Assembly: GCA_000002445.1 (NCBI GenBank)
Contig: CP000071.1
Coordinates: forward strand, 64,001 to 128,000
From: Trypanosoma brucei
Lineage: Eukaryota
Direction of reading: 5' to 3'
Length of the DNA: 64,000 nucleotides
Part shown: positions 25,471 to 38,528 of the stretch, piece by piece
Layout of the letters: each line of letters opens with the position of its first letter
Position numbering within the stretch: the stretch's first letter is position 1
Translations under genes and position numbers: made by a program
Notes under the pieces: generated by a model
The model's database searches: none
What the model saw: only the letters and a program-made list of their open reading frames with translations
Told to the model about the DNA's origin: nothing

Positions 25471-26924
25471 TGCTGAAGAAAATGAAAATCGAAAATAGGA
25501 GCACTTAAAAAGATGTCAATGTTGACATGAGAGCTAGTGAGTGAATGTGAAAGCACGAATATTTTTAATATCGACGGAAAGCCAAAAGGGAAAGAGGAGG
25601 AAAAGAAAATGGAATATGCGTAGTTTCGAACACAAGCGTGACGGTGGGCATTATTTTGTACAAAGAAATGATCTAGCGTGAAACGTGGAAATGACAGAGT
25701 CCAGTGAACAGCCTATGTTGAATCATTACGGTATCCGCAGAAGCAGTAAAAGTAAACAAAAAATGATTCAGGAAAACATTGTGGTCTATATATCGCTAAT
25801 AAATGGATATATTCAACTGTAGAAATGATGTTACAGACTGATTTTTTTAATATGATGGCGAATTCTAATGTGCGGCGGCTGTGGTAACCAGGCTGATTAA
25901 AATAATAAATTAGATCTTCTTTAAATAGCAGAATCTAGAAGATCCTATTATCTGTTGTAAATATCCTACTTTGTAGATTTGTTTTAGAGTTGTGGGAGGA
26001 TGTCGTAGAGGTGTTTTAGAACCCGTTTATTTTAGTTCCAGCTAACTATACGGAACTAATAGCTTTTTTATCGACTCATCAGGATTTGTAACTTATACTG
26101 GAAAAGCCGAGATGGGGAATAAAATGTGGTTCATAAGCTTTTACGACTCCAGGTGCGTCCAAATCGACCGCGAAAACAAAGCCAGCAATCAATAAACTAG
26201 AAAGGAAGCCATAGAGAGTTTGGTAGAAAAGGAAGACAGTACAACAACCGGCCATCTCGACGATGTCAGTTTTATTAACCACGCTCTTCGGCAAGACGGA
26301 GTGCCCCAAAATGGTCTCACACAAGCTAGCAACGGACTTCTATATAGTGAACATTTACTGCAAGAAAACGCAAATACTATCAAATCATAGTCATCGGAAG
26401 CACCGACTTCAGAGAAGGATGCAGTAGACGTAGACGTGCATATACAGTACAAGACCTCAAATAAAGCCAAAATAGAAAATTACTAACGCAAATTCAGGCG
26501 AAAGCAGTAAATGTTACTGAACAGTACATGAGGACAATGACACATTTAATAGTAAAGCTATTATATGGCGACATACCGGTGGAAGATGATGAGTGCACAA
26601 CTCATGGACGGTCGTGATCAACTAAAAGCACTACGATTATTGGAGTGACTGGAAGCTGTCTCCAATCCGGAACACTGCAGGTAAATGGACGAGAGTAAAA
26701 ATGACAGAAGTGGAATGAAGACTGGTTGTGATTGTTAAATTACGACAGGAAATCTTCCAAGAAGATCACAGCTACCACCCCCAATACAAGGCGCTCATAA
26801 AACCGAGAACTGAAACTGCTGTACATCTGTAGCGGAGAAAAAGCATAAATGCCGCCTGCTCAAAACACAATTACCAAACCATTAAGTACAACAAAAGGAT
26901 AAGCAAAACACAAACGAACACATC

Positions 26925-28417
26925 ATGAAGCCGACAGTGGCAATAGTACGGCTCTGGTCGGTTATTATTGTCGCAGCAACACTAAGCAAGACCGCCCCAA
27001 CAGTGCCTGCGACCAACGCCAAAGTAACTGATTTCTGCACAATGGACGACTACTACCTTGCAATCGCACATGAACTAAGACAATGGCTAAAAACGGCAGC
27101 TCAAGTATTTGAGCAAATACAAGGCCAAACAAGACTTTTGCAGCGAGCACGAGAAAGCAGAAAAAGAACAATCACCGAGACAGCGTATTATTTTCTTTCG
27201 GTGCTAGCAGAAGCGCAGCACCAGAAAGCGGCAACAAAACAGTTTCATAACGTTCTAGACAAAACATTCGCGGCAGCACAAGCCATTACACAGAAACGGA
27301 CAGAACACGCAACAGCGTACGCCCTGACAAAGCTAGCAACAACCGAAGACACAATTGCGCATGCAACAGAGGCAGGTTCAAACACCAAACTAACCAGCTG
27401 CAGCAAACAACGGAGGTGTGCGGCTAAGATTTCGTTCAAAGGCGCATATAAAACAACAAGTGACACAGAGGCAGGAACAGCGAGGGATGTCAGGGCCATA
27501 GCACAGCAACTAACACCTTCAACACTCAAACACCTACCGCAGCTAAACGTCAAGCCTCTGGCAGCAAAAGTTTTTTTTGAGGCTTTAGGCGATATGAGAA
27601 CGGACGCACAATGGCGAACGGGCACTGACAACAAAGAGTGTAACAAAAACGCAGGCAGTGCCAAGGCGTTGTCAGCCGCAACTGCAGGGGCGGCGGTAAC
27701 TAAGTCGGAACATTCCGGCGCGCTGGAATACAGTGAACTCAACCTCGACACACCACCACAAAAAATTAAGTGACGACGACCACAAGCTAAACCCCAACGA
27801 ACGGCAACTACAGATATCAGACCACGAACTAGCAACAACGCTCAAAGCGGCACTACAGGCGAAGTGTACGCCATCACAGCTACTAGAGGACTTAGACATC
27901 AAAACAGCAGCACACCTTGTGCCGGGCACAGTATTAGGAGGTTTTCTGAACCAGAATAAAACCAAGGGAAAAGGCCTCTCAGCAAACGAAGTTGCAACCC
28001 TGATATTCGGTACAGGTAACGGAAAAGTTAATGATAAACCTTTATAACCTCTAGAACAATGCTTACTTTCGATTCCAACAAGTGAGGCACCCATAAAAGG
28101 CACAACCAAATAAATTGAAACAGAACCAGACTTCGGTACGGTAATGGTATACTATTACGATAAAAACATGATTTAGCAAGAAACAATGCAAGGCATAGGT
28201 CAAGGCGAAGGAGAAGGAAAAACAGAACAAACAGGAGAAAAGAAAGAAGCGGATAATAAAGCAACAACTGAATGCGTAGCCACTGAAGAGAAATATTGTG
28301 GATACGAAAAGGTGTGATTGGAATAAGGAAAAGAACCAGTGAAAAGTCAAAGAAGCTTCAGTTATCATTTATGTTGTGATTAAAGCCCTTCTTTTGCTTG
28401 AATTTTTGATTCTATAA
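26925..28417 (+). pseudogene. VSG: VSG pseudogene (282-aa N-terminal ORF, then frameshift; hydrophobic tail KALLLLEFLIL at about 28381-28417)
   Basis: ORF 26925-27773 (frame 0) and ORF 27733-28047 (frame 1) overlap, indicating a frameshift. The downstream Cys/Lys-rich segment and GPI-like tail are in yet another frame. Confidence 0.75.
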
Positions 28418-28667
28418 TTAGTTTTGTAAAATATTATTTCTTTAATTTATGTTACCTACCATTACACAAATATTTATTATTTTTAATTTTTTCTATAAAT
28501 TGATATATTTTACGCTTTTGTAAAGCCATTTCTAAATATAAAATTTTTGTTAAATGTCTTTGATAATGACCTGTAGATGTAACGTTGTAGTGTGGTAGGG
28601 TATAAAAATCCAGTTCTATACTAATTTTGTCTATTTAATGGATATAAGTTGGGGTTATAAGCGTAAA

Positions 28668-28740
28668 ATAAGAATGACAATGATGAAGCTGGTGGAGTGT
28701 TGCGTGAATATATGTACTAATATTATAATAAGAATACTTG
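28668..28740. repeat. single degenerate 70-bp repeat unit
   Basis: aataagaatgacaatgatgaagctggtggagtgttgcgtgaatatatgtactaatattataataagaatac. Confidence 0.7.
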
Positions 28741-30592
28741 TGGAGAAGATGAAATGAGTATGTAAAATACAAGAACTAAATGAAATGTAAAGTTGAAAAG
28801 GAGAGTAAGTGAACTAGTGGGATAGTAGAAAAACTTAGAAAGACATAGAATGTGCGCAGTTTCTAACACATACATGACGATATACATCATAACACATAAG
28901 GAGATGGTTTACAACAATAAGGAAAATACAAAGTTCAGTGTGTAGAGATAATTACGTCGCTACATCACCCGCAGAAGGTATCATGAAATAAAACCAAGAA
29001 TTAAATAAAATATAAGATGAAACGAAAGGATACGTACAACGAAGTGACTAATATAATGATAGTGGAGAAAATAATGCCCTGTATTCCTCTCACAAATGGA
29101 TATGTATTGCAGAGGTGAATGTGATAAGTGTGGTTTTTATTTGGTGAATTACCCTAAACTTAGCCGTGAAGAAGCCCAACTCAAATGAAGGAATAGATTG
29201 TGAACAGTAAGGTAATGTATAAGTCTTCTCAGAAAATGTGTTGATGATGGCCAACATTTGTGGAAAATATTAACATGTTATCGAGAGATTATGCTCTAAT
29301 TTCGGACCACTATTAAATTACCGAGGAAACAAAAAGAAAAGTATACACACGGCAACTACTTTAAAAAGCGTGTCTTCGAACCTTTAGAGGGGTTCTATGA
29401 AGTTTAGAGAACCAATATTTATACTCCACCATTTTATTATTGATATACTGGACAAACATCAGGACGTTTCAACAAGCTGGCTAAACATAAAATTTGTCAC
29501 GGATACGCACCTGATGGAGCGTATTATTAAAACAAAAGCAGTTAGGAAGAAGGAATTTGACCACAAATTCCAAGTATGTGATTTAATTCTCATAAAGATC
29601 GGTACAAACTGAAAGAAAAAAGAAAAATAAGTGTGTTCAGAAAAGGTTCCGCCGTTACTTGGTTCTTACAACAAGCATCGCTAACGGTAGATATACATGT
29701 ACCAAACAGAACTCATTAGAAACTATAAAGATTGAAAACTAGAAAATAGAAAAGTTTTCAATGATTTGGGGTGATAAGGTGTTGCAATGACGGAGTATAG
29801 ATGGGAATTTAATACATGCTGACAATGATGAGTTAAAATTTTATAAATGGATGTAGCTTTTATTTTGGATTACAAAAGAGGCTCTCTCCTGTCAACAATT
29901 TTTTCTACACTAAACAGACGGGTCACATAAAAACAAGTCTAGTAGCAGCATCAAACACAAAACAAGAGCATATAAAGTGACAGCCAATAAAATATCACAG
30001 AAAACCTATGAAATGCAACTAACTTCGAGATTGACCCCAGCCACATCCCATGAATTGCAAGATAAAAGGAAAATAGAAATGTAGTTAGCTGGAGCAGGCC
30101 ACACTTTAACCAGCGATAGGGGAGCGAAACAGCTTAACTATCAGTGAGGCTGGTACTAAAAGCCATGAATACTGGTGAATACATTTCTATAGTGATATGA
30201 TCTGAAAGTGGTAGGCTGAAGCTACTTGGCGTAGAGAAATTGGAAGCAATAGAGACAGTGACAAGTATAGAAGAAACACTAATACAAAGGTTTTTATGTG
30301 GCTAATTTTAGCTATTACGAGGCTTATTCCATTCACTATATTAAATGCGCTTGTGCAGCTGCACTCCTAGCGCTTCTACAGTCACTCGATGAATAATATG
30401 CCATTTACCGCGGCTCTCTTTTTGAAACGTCAAAAAATGCAGATTTTATAATTCGTAGCACAAACACCCTCACACCAAGCACCAGTCCGCACCCCTGACC
30501 CAGAAGGGAGGCCAGACAACATCGACAATAAGCAGCAGACCCTGTGCAATCCCAAAGGTGCAACGTCATCCGGCAAACTCTCAAAGTCCAAA

Positions 30593-32173
30593 ATGAAAGC
30601 GATCGTAACAACAATAGGGACGCTATGGATACTCTCTGCGAATTGGGCAGACACAAACACAAACGCGGCGGACAACGAACCAGACTTCACCGTTCTCTGC
30701 AATATCCTCGACGTAGCTACAGGCAAACCGGCTCCGACCAACATACCAAATAAATGGCACAACCTGAGACAACAACTCACAGACATCAATATTAGTCTTT
30801 CCACAGGAGATTGGAAAAAGCACCTACTAGACACTGACGGCAATGTACAAGAGTGGACAAAAGCACAGAAAGCGGGTAAACTGCCAGAAGACTGGGCAAC
30901 TGAGTGGCCGACCTGGGCAGCCGCAGCAAAACGAACGGGCAAAGGTGGTGAAACGCATGACAAACTTCAAGCAAGTGGGATACCGTCATTAGACGACGAG
31001 CAGCGAGCGGATGCTGCACAACTAATACATCACTTGCTTAACTCCAGCCAACCACTCGTGGCTGCATTACAAGGCGTCTAAACAGCCGAAGCAGCAGCCA
31101 CACCTGCAGCTCTAGCAGAAGCGCTAGATCAAGCAGTCTACGGGGGCAAACCCGAAACGCACCCAGGCAAACAGGCGTCAGCGGCGGTAAGGGGTGGAGC
31201 GACACGTAACATCTGTGGCCAAGCCGGGAAGCTCGGCACAAGCCAAGCGCTAGCAGATGCCTTGCTTTGCCTTTGCTGGACAGAAACAGGGACAGCACCA
31301 ACAGGCGCAGGCGGCGTCTGCAGAAAGGGACTCGGCGGCACTTTGACCACAACGTGGAGCACAACATCAGCCGCCGTCAACACAGCTTATGCCCAAATAA
31401 AAGGGGCATGCAAACTACAGACAGGCCATACAATAACAGCCGCCAATATAGCTGAGGCGCTAGCAGCAGTTAAGCACAAAATAGCCCAGCACAAGGAAGG
31501 CAGTTACCTCGGAAGCTACGAAGGGGCGGGCAGCTGCGACGGCCAAAACGCCAACGGAGTCTGCATCAAGCACCCAGACTTTGCTGACAGAGGACACAAA
31601 GCTTTCGAGGAAATAGAATGGGTGAAAAAGCTTCGTTCAGTAGAGACTGCCTTACGCAAGCGAGAAGCAGCGGTGGCACGTGTCGACACTTTAACCACAG
31701 CGCTCGAAACGCAAACAGCTGCAGCCTGGCTTATACCACAACGCGCAAAGAGCAGACAACAAAAAAGGGAAGGTGTTTCCCCAAAACAGCACACATCAAC
31801 AGGCAATGGCAACAAACAACAAGCGGACCAGTGCGAAGCAATAAAGAAAGCAACTGAGTGCAAAGAAAAACAGCCAAACTGTGAGTGGCAAGGTAAAAAT
31901 GACGAGGATGGTCCACACTGCAAAGTAAATAAAACACACATAACAAAAGAAGCAGCTCAAACAGAAACAAATAGAGGAAATGAAGAGACAACAACAGACA
32001 AGTGTAGTCAAGCAAAAACCCCTGAGGAATGCGCTGCAGTAAAAGGTGATATTCCAAAAGATAAAAAATCTGTTTGCGGATGGATAGAAGGAAAGTGTCA
32101 GAATTCAAGTTTTCCCGTCAATAAGAAATTGACTCTAATGGTTTCTGCATTTGTGAGTATTGCAGCATTTTAG
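30593..32173 (+). pseudogene. VSG: VSG pseudogene (B-type-like) with a single in-frame TAA at 31079-31081 in an otherwise continuous 527-codon frame; C-terminus ..SSFPVNKKLTLMVSAFVSIAAF
   Basis: ORFs 30593-31081 and 31262-32173 share a frame (both = 2 mod 3), with no stop between 31082 and 31262. Signal peptide MKAIVTTIGTLWILSA. CTD with CEWQGKNDEDGPHCK and CGWIEGKCQNSSF motifs. 16-mer-like element at about 32253-32268. Confidence 0.85.
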
Positions 32174-32504
32174 CGTTTTAAGAACTTTTGCTTAATTTTA
32201 TGAAAATTATAAAATTTGGCATTTAGAGTTAATTTGATAAAACCTCTAAAATTTGAAATATTTTAACATATTTTCAATAAAAATGTGTAGGTTACTGAAA
32301 CGTCTTTAAGAATCTAATTTTTTTCAAAAATTATTGAAAAGATGAAACATATGAGAACTTTACCAAAAGTGTGTATGATGGTAACCTATGGGTGTAAAAT
32401 AGTAGAATGATATTGTATGAAAACGAGTGGTATTCTGAAACGTTTGCTGGTTTTATGTATTTGTGTTTATTTTTTTGTTTGTTTACTTTATGGAGATTAG
32501 TTAG

Positions 32505-32651
32505 TGTTATAATAATAATAATATTTATAGGCGTGTATTTTGAGTGTGTATATACGAATATTATAATAAGAGTAGTCATAATAATAATAATAGTAATAAT
32601 AGAAGAGTGTAGTGAGAGTGTGTATATACGAATATTATACTAAGAGTAGTC

Positions 32652-32701
<50 letters not shown>

Positions 32702-32745
32702 AATAGAAGAGTCTTGTGAGTGTGAGTATATACTAAAGTTGTAGT
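32505..32745. repeat. 70-bp repeat tract (about 3 units, one with a (TAA)15-like run)
   Basis: Units ending ..gtgtatatacgaatattataataagagtagtcataataat repeated; long (ATA)n at 32655-32705. Confidence 0.85.
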
Positions 32746-34580
32746 GGAGTCCAAATGCACCGGAAAATATAAGTACTTAAAACAATGGCAAGGGTGCAAT
32801 TGGAGAAAGTGAATGAGTAATAGCGATGGGGAGAGAAGTAGGAATATTATCATTGAGGGAGTGCAGCAAGATAGAGAAAAGAAGATGGATTATGCGAAGT
32901 TTGGAAGACAATCATAACTGAGCATACTCATACACAAATGTGTTATGGAAGAGACAATTAGAAACCAACATAGTCAAATTTTAGTCGGAAGCCAAATGGA
33001 GTAGTTGTGTCGTCCGGAATGATAGAAAATGTAGGCGAAGATGTGGGGCATAAAAAACAGAATGAAACAACTGAATGTGAAAAAGTTTAGCAGAGAGAGA
33101 AAAACAATACATTAGGAACTCTCGATGGTGATCCATCTTTCACTAAAAAGTGGATATACCATGCTGTCGTAACATTGTTGAGTATGGTTTTGAGTTTGAC
33201 AGCGAATTATAACCTGGACCCTGGGAGAAGAAGGGACAGAATCATGAATAAGGAATTGGGTGAGTGTGAGGTAATTTCAAATTCTTCTTTTCGGATATAG
33301 TGATAATGGGAAACATACATGGAAAAAATATAATATTATCTGGAGGATAATTTTAATTATGGAAATATTAATGGATTACTGTTCACAGCAGAAAGATAAT
33401 TAAAACGAAAAAAACTGCTAAACGTAGCGCGTGCACCAAGCTATGAAGGAGCTTCATATGAAGTACACAACGATTGTGCTGATACTCTCACCTCCCCTGA
33501 TTGTTCAAAGGTAAACCGTTAATCCCTTTAAAAGAGTGTATGGCTCATATAATAATACACAATTACTTAGCATTGGCGAACTGCACCAAGAAACGTTAAA
33601 TCAAAAGAATACAAACAGGACATAAGTTGAAAAGAAATAGATGAAAAATAACGACAATAAGCCAGTACAACAGGCATAAAACTCAATGTTATGTGGTTGA
33701 GCGAAGATTCAGCTGTATGTCGTCACTGAAGATGCGTTAACACAGCAAAAACCGAGACGGATTACAAATGGACAGCAGTTGTAAGTGTTAGATGCTTTGG
33801 TAATAAATATAGAATGGTATAGTTTGGATCTTAAAATAGAGATTCTGTACTCCAACTGAGAGATATTTTATCTAAACACTGATTCCCGAGAAGATGCAGT
33901 CTGCAGTAACTTTTATACAGCATTAAACAACGCAGAAACCCGTATATTTCTAACTCCCTGCGATTTGTTATTTTTATGGAAGCTGCTCTGCAACGGCAAA
34001 CATGAGCATGCAGATATCTGTCTGTTAAGTATCACGAGCACAAAAAATCGGAGGGAAGCTGTACTGTGACAGATGAAGACGCTAAAGGTTACAAAAGACT
34101 GGGTGAAAAGACACCACAACTAGCGACTGGGATGATTGTCATTGACGTACTTGTCAAACATTGTTACTTAGCAGGGCAATAGGTTTTTCAAAAGTATCAC
34201 ATGATAAACATGGGATATTCAGAAAATTCAGCGGTAGAAAACCGTAAGGGGTAAATAGAAAAGAGTCCTTTTTGTGAAAAAGTTTAGAAGTCATAACGAT
34301 TAGCGCTGAAAACATCGAAACTGTAGTCAATATGAGCATTTAGAGCTGGATGAAAATTCTTTTGCAAATACTTCCTGTGGCATCTAAGCTTAACCGCAAA
34401 TAATATTTTGTTACAAGGACACCAAAACAAAGGCCAGAAAGCCACTTGGGGAAAGAAAGCGGTACCACAACCTTGACAATCTTCTCAGCAGCAACAAAAG
34501 TAATATTAGACAAAACTCCTTATACGCGAGAAAGCAGTATTCTTATCCAACTTAGCGACGGCAAGGAGTGAGACCACAAA

Positions 34581-36042
34581 ATGTCAGCCCTCAAATGGAA
34601 GATTCAAGCAGCAATCCTATTTGTATTTACAGTTACTGCAGCTAAAGAAGCTGTAAAGCCTGGCGAAGATGAGGCAACGCAAGCCTCGAAAACCATTTGC
34701 CATGAGCTGCAATACAACACAGTAGCAGCAAAAAAACTTCGAAACGCGGTTAATTCGGCGTACGGAGAAGCAAACACAGAGGGTGATCTAGCGGCAGCGC
34801 ACAGGCTTGCAGCCCTTTACACCCTTGATAACCACAAAGCACTCAGACAGCAAGCGCTCGCGGCAATAGCCGAAAGTTACGCCCGAAGCAAGAGAATGGC
34901 AGCACAAGAAAACGACAGAAAACTCACACCGGCCATAGTGGCACTTCGAGACCGCGCAACACAATTGTACATTTTACGAAGAAAGCATGTGAAGGAGACC
35001 GCGACTCCTGCGACTGGCACGTGGAATTCGGTACAGAGCTCACAAAAGACCGTCACACACCACTGTAATACAGTTTTCACGACAATGAAGGTGAAAGCAG
35101 ACAACTGATCGCTAGAGACGTCGGAACTGGGACAAATAAAAGCAGCTAACATCAAACAAGACCAGATAGGGAAAGTAAGGATGACACCCGAATCAATCTT
35201 CAAAAAACAAACCATAACAGCAAGCGCGCAATCGGAAGACACCGCAGGCTCATACAACTCAGCGTCAAGCACCAAGGGGTACTGCACCGAAACCAAAAAC
35301 GCTGCATCTGCAGCTACAAACATCCTGGGATGCACACTGACAGTTGCAGCAACGACCGTCAAACTCGAATGTCAGCAGCTATTCGACAGCCCGAAAACAA
35401 CAGACAATAGCAAGACACACGACCTATACAAGCCGTGGGCGACAATAATACAGGAATACTTGCTGCACGTCCTCTATGAGGTGATTACACACAATAAGAC
35501 GACAATACAAAGCATCGCCAACATAACAATAGCAAGCCTACAAGCATAGAACGCCGCTCTCATCGCTGCAAAAACAACCAACGGTGTAGTCAAGAAGATA
35601 TCCGAGCTCTCAACAGAAAAGAGAAACCGATTGATAGAAGAAACATTTTCGAAGGACAAAAAATATTCGACAAGCAATACAAAAACGATATTAAAACCGA
35701 CAAGAAGAACATAAAAGTGGATGCAATAGACGTAACCGATACGCTGTTAAACACCGTGAAAGGCAACCAAGCAGAGCAAATCAGTGCGTACACGGAAGCT
35801 TGAAACTTGAAAAGAAGCGTCAAAACAGCGACAATCACAGCGGAAAGAGAAACAACAAATTCCCAAAAGAAGAAATATAAATCAATAACAAACAAAGAAA
35901 AATCAAAAGAGAATACGGGTGTGAATTAAAAGGTTATATTTGCGTGTAAAAAGAGGGGGCTAAAGTGTAAAGAACAGAAAATAAGGGAAACACCGCAGAA
36001 AAAAATTCTGATGTAGTTACAATTCCTTTATTGCTTCTATAA
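34581..36042 (+). pseudogene. VSG: VSG pseudogene (in-frame TGA at 35106-35108, further stops in the C-terminal third; tail ..NSDVVTIPLLLL)
   Basis: ORFs 34581-35108 and 35181-35549 are in the same frame, separated only by one TGA. Downstream of 35549 the frame collects several stops. 16-mer-like element at 36129-36145. Confidence 0.75.
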
Positions 36043-36297
36043 TTATTTTTCTCAAAGATTTTGCTTATTTTTTCAATTTTATGCAAATTTTCTACTTTGA
36101 AAAAATCTGATAAGGTTTCATGAAATTTAATATTTTTTAACACTTTTGAAAATCTTTTCAAAATGTGAAGACTTTAAAACTAGGAAATTTTTGTTTCAAA
36201 TTTTCCTGAGAGTTTAAAGTGGTTTGATAAAAGTGAAAATTGTGTGCTAGTCTAAATTTGTTTAATTTCGTGGGTATTAGGAGTAATTTAGGGTTGC

Positions 36298-36445
36298 CAT
36301 AATAATAATAATAGGAGTGTGTTGTAAGAGTGTATATACGAATATTATTATAACAAAATTAATAATAATAATAATAACGATAATGATAGTGATAGTGATT
36401 GGAGAGTGTTGTGAGTGTGTATATACTAATCTTGTAATGAGAGTT
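36298..36445. repeat. 70-bp repeat tract (about 2 units)
   Basis: aataataataataggagtgtgttgtaagagtgtatatacgaatattattataac.. and ..gattggagagtgttgtgagtgtgtatatactaatcttgtaatgagag. Confidence 0.85.
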
Positions 36446-37324
36446 TTGCGTACAGAAATAAACTCCAAAATAGAGGAACTTAAAATAATTGAAAGTGATC
36501 AACGGGAGCAAGTAGGTTTTCGAGAAAGGTTGAGAAAAGAAAAGGAGACGAAATGTGTTTAGATTCAAGCAACAATACGACGATGCTCATCATTATACAC
36601 AAAGAGATGATGGAGGGTTAATACGAAAGAGACAATGTACAAACCTAGTGGAGTCACAGCGTTACTCAATCCACCACCATCACAGAAAGTTGTGATATAT
36701 AAGTATTATCAAGAAAAAATTGGATTTCATATCTCACTATATAATGGATATATTCTTTTCAGAGATGACTGCAGCAGCAGCAGGAGTGGTTCTAAACGCT
36801 ACGCTGATGGAAGTCTTGTGATCGAAACCGTGATGGTTGTGGTAGTTATCACTAGTAACTGGTAAACTTCTGAGCATATCTGAACTAATCAATGCAAAAA
36901 GATACTTCCATTAACATAACTATACATAGGGGTGAAATGTGAAGAATACAATAAATGAGTTGAATTCCTCTAGCGTGCTCTGCACCAGCTGTTGCTAATC
37001 ATGACTTCTAAAACAAAAGACTGTAGATGCTTGCTCAAAGGTAAGCTGAACACACTAAGAATGCATTTTTCAGCAGATACATCATAACAATATAAAGGCG
37101 ATACTTATGTATATAAAACCGTTTCTTAACTAAACAGCTTAGTAGTACATCTGGCTTATTTTCCTTGAGTTTTCTACGTTTTTTCTAATAACAGCCTAAA
37201 ATTATAAAGGTATATTAGGCAATAAAGTTAAGTATATTGAGAAATTTACTACTACCGTTGTTATTACATTGGGTATTTAAGTACAGTATCTCTTGAAAGT
37301 GAGAAAGTAAATAACATAAACAAT

Positions 37325-38133
37325 GTGTCAGTGAATGATACTAAGAAACCAATAGTGTTTGTAGTTGTAGCTCAAACTCATGCACCTCAAGGATGGTGCA
37401 GGCTCATATTGAGTGTCAAACTAAGTAATGTTGAAACTATTACAGTTGAAATGGGAGGTTTGTATAGTCATGTTAAAAGGACTAGATGGGTTATGGAATA
37501 TATAGAAAAACAGAATGCAAGTGATGAGGATATTGTAATAACTGTTGATGGATCTGATGTTATTGTTACTGATCGTGATATATATGAAAATTCTGTGGAA
37601 TATTTTATGCAAAATACTGCTGAAAATGAAGAGAGTTTTAGTGAAGATGAAATAGTGAAGGAAAATCAAGTTTCACCGATTCAGTTTATAACAACTGCTG
37701 ATTGTACTGCAACTCAGTTGGACGTCATAGTTTATTCGGTCCACAAAGAACATACAGAACGCTGTCGATGGTTTTTGGAGATGGTAAGCACGATAAAAGA
37801 AGAGAAAGGTCCACCATCTCTACTTAAATTTCCAGAAACTGGCAAGCCTTATCTCGGGGGCGGTAATTTAATAGCACGAGTGTGGGCATTTAAGAGGTTT
37901 AAAGCCACCTTTAATGAATTAATTGGAGTGGAGGATGCATAGTGGTCAAAGCAGAGTATTTACATTTCCTTGCGATTGTGGGGTGTGAAGAAGGAAAGCA
38001 AAGTCGGCTGTATATTCGTTTCGCAAAGGGGGCTGATAGGATTAGATTACGACGAGCGGTTTTTCTCAGTCCATTACAAAATTTCGTTGGGAAACCCTGC
38101 GTTCCTTCACTTTCCAGGGCATCCACTTGCATA
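37325..38133 (+). pseudogene. member 1 of a three-copy VSG-array-associated ORF family (possibly ESAG3-related; tentative), frameshifted and truncated
   Basis: A 205-aa ORF (..GWCRLILSVKLSNVETITVEMGGLYSHVKRTRWVMEYIEKQNASDEDIVITVDGSDVIVTD..GGGNLIARVWAFKRFK..) is co-linear with the copies at 41.1 kb and 60.4 kb. The C-terminal part (DYDERFFSVHYKISLGNPAFLHFPGHPLA*) continues in another frame to about 38133. Confidence 0.5.
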
Positions 38134-38528
38134 GAATGCTAAACCGAAATTAATTTAGAAAACTTTTACTTGGTTCAAGAATTTGTAAGGAAAGCATTTC
38201 AGCACGACAGATTTGGGGAAAATTCAAGCTTATGCAATATCTGGAGAGAGATTAAATTTGGATTACCAAAGTGTTTGTGGAAATGCGTTTAAAGAGGGGG
38301 ATTCGTTTAAGGCTAATAAGTTGTAAAAAATAAAAGCAAAATTAACCGCTGTGAAAGTAAGTCAAGAGTATCTCCGAGCGATAAACTCTATGTTCAGAGG
38401 TGATAATCAGGGACCACTTGCGAGAAGAAGCGGCGGCCCAACCACTATATCAGCTTCAAACGGTCAAGGGAGAGCGAATTCCATGGTTTCCCAAAAAGCC
38501 ATTTTCTAAATACGAGACAGACCCGAAG

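Noticed and set aside
25236..25556. ORFs 25236-25556(-), 32407-32643(+) and 36317-36562(+) with poly-Ile/Tyr translations
   Set aside because: They lie entirely within (TAA)n-containing 70-bp repeat tracts and are translation artefacts of the repeats.
30430..30963. 177-aa minus-strand ORF overlapping the start of the 30593 VSG
   Set aside because: Cys/Ser/Leu-rich with no recognisable motifs, antisense to the VSG signal peptide and N-terminus. Judged spurious.
38400..38528. ORF-track start at 38400 for the 38.5 kb VSG
   Set aside because: The hydrophobic signal peptide begins at the internal ATG at 38529 (MPKNSIAIATALILAF..). The upstream in-frame codons are not VSG-like, so I placed the start at 38529.
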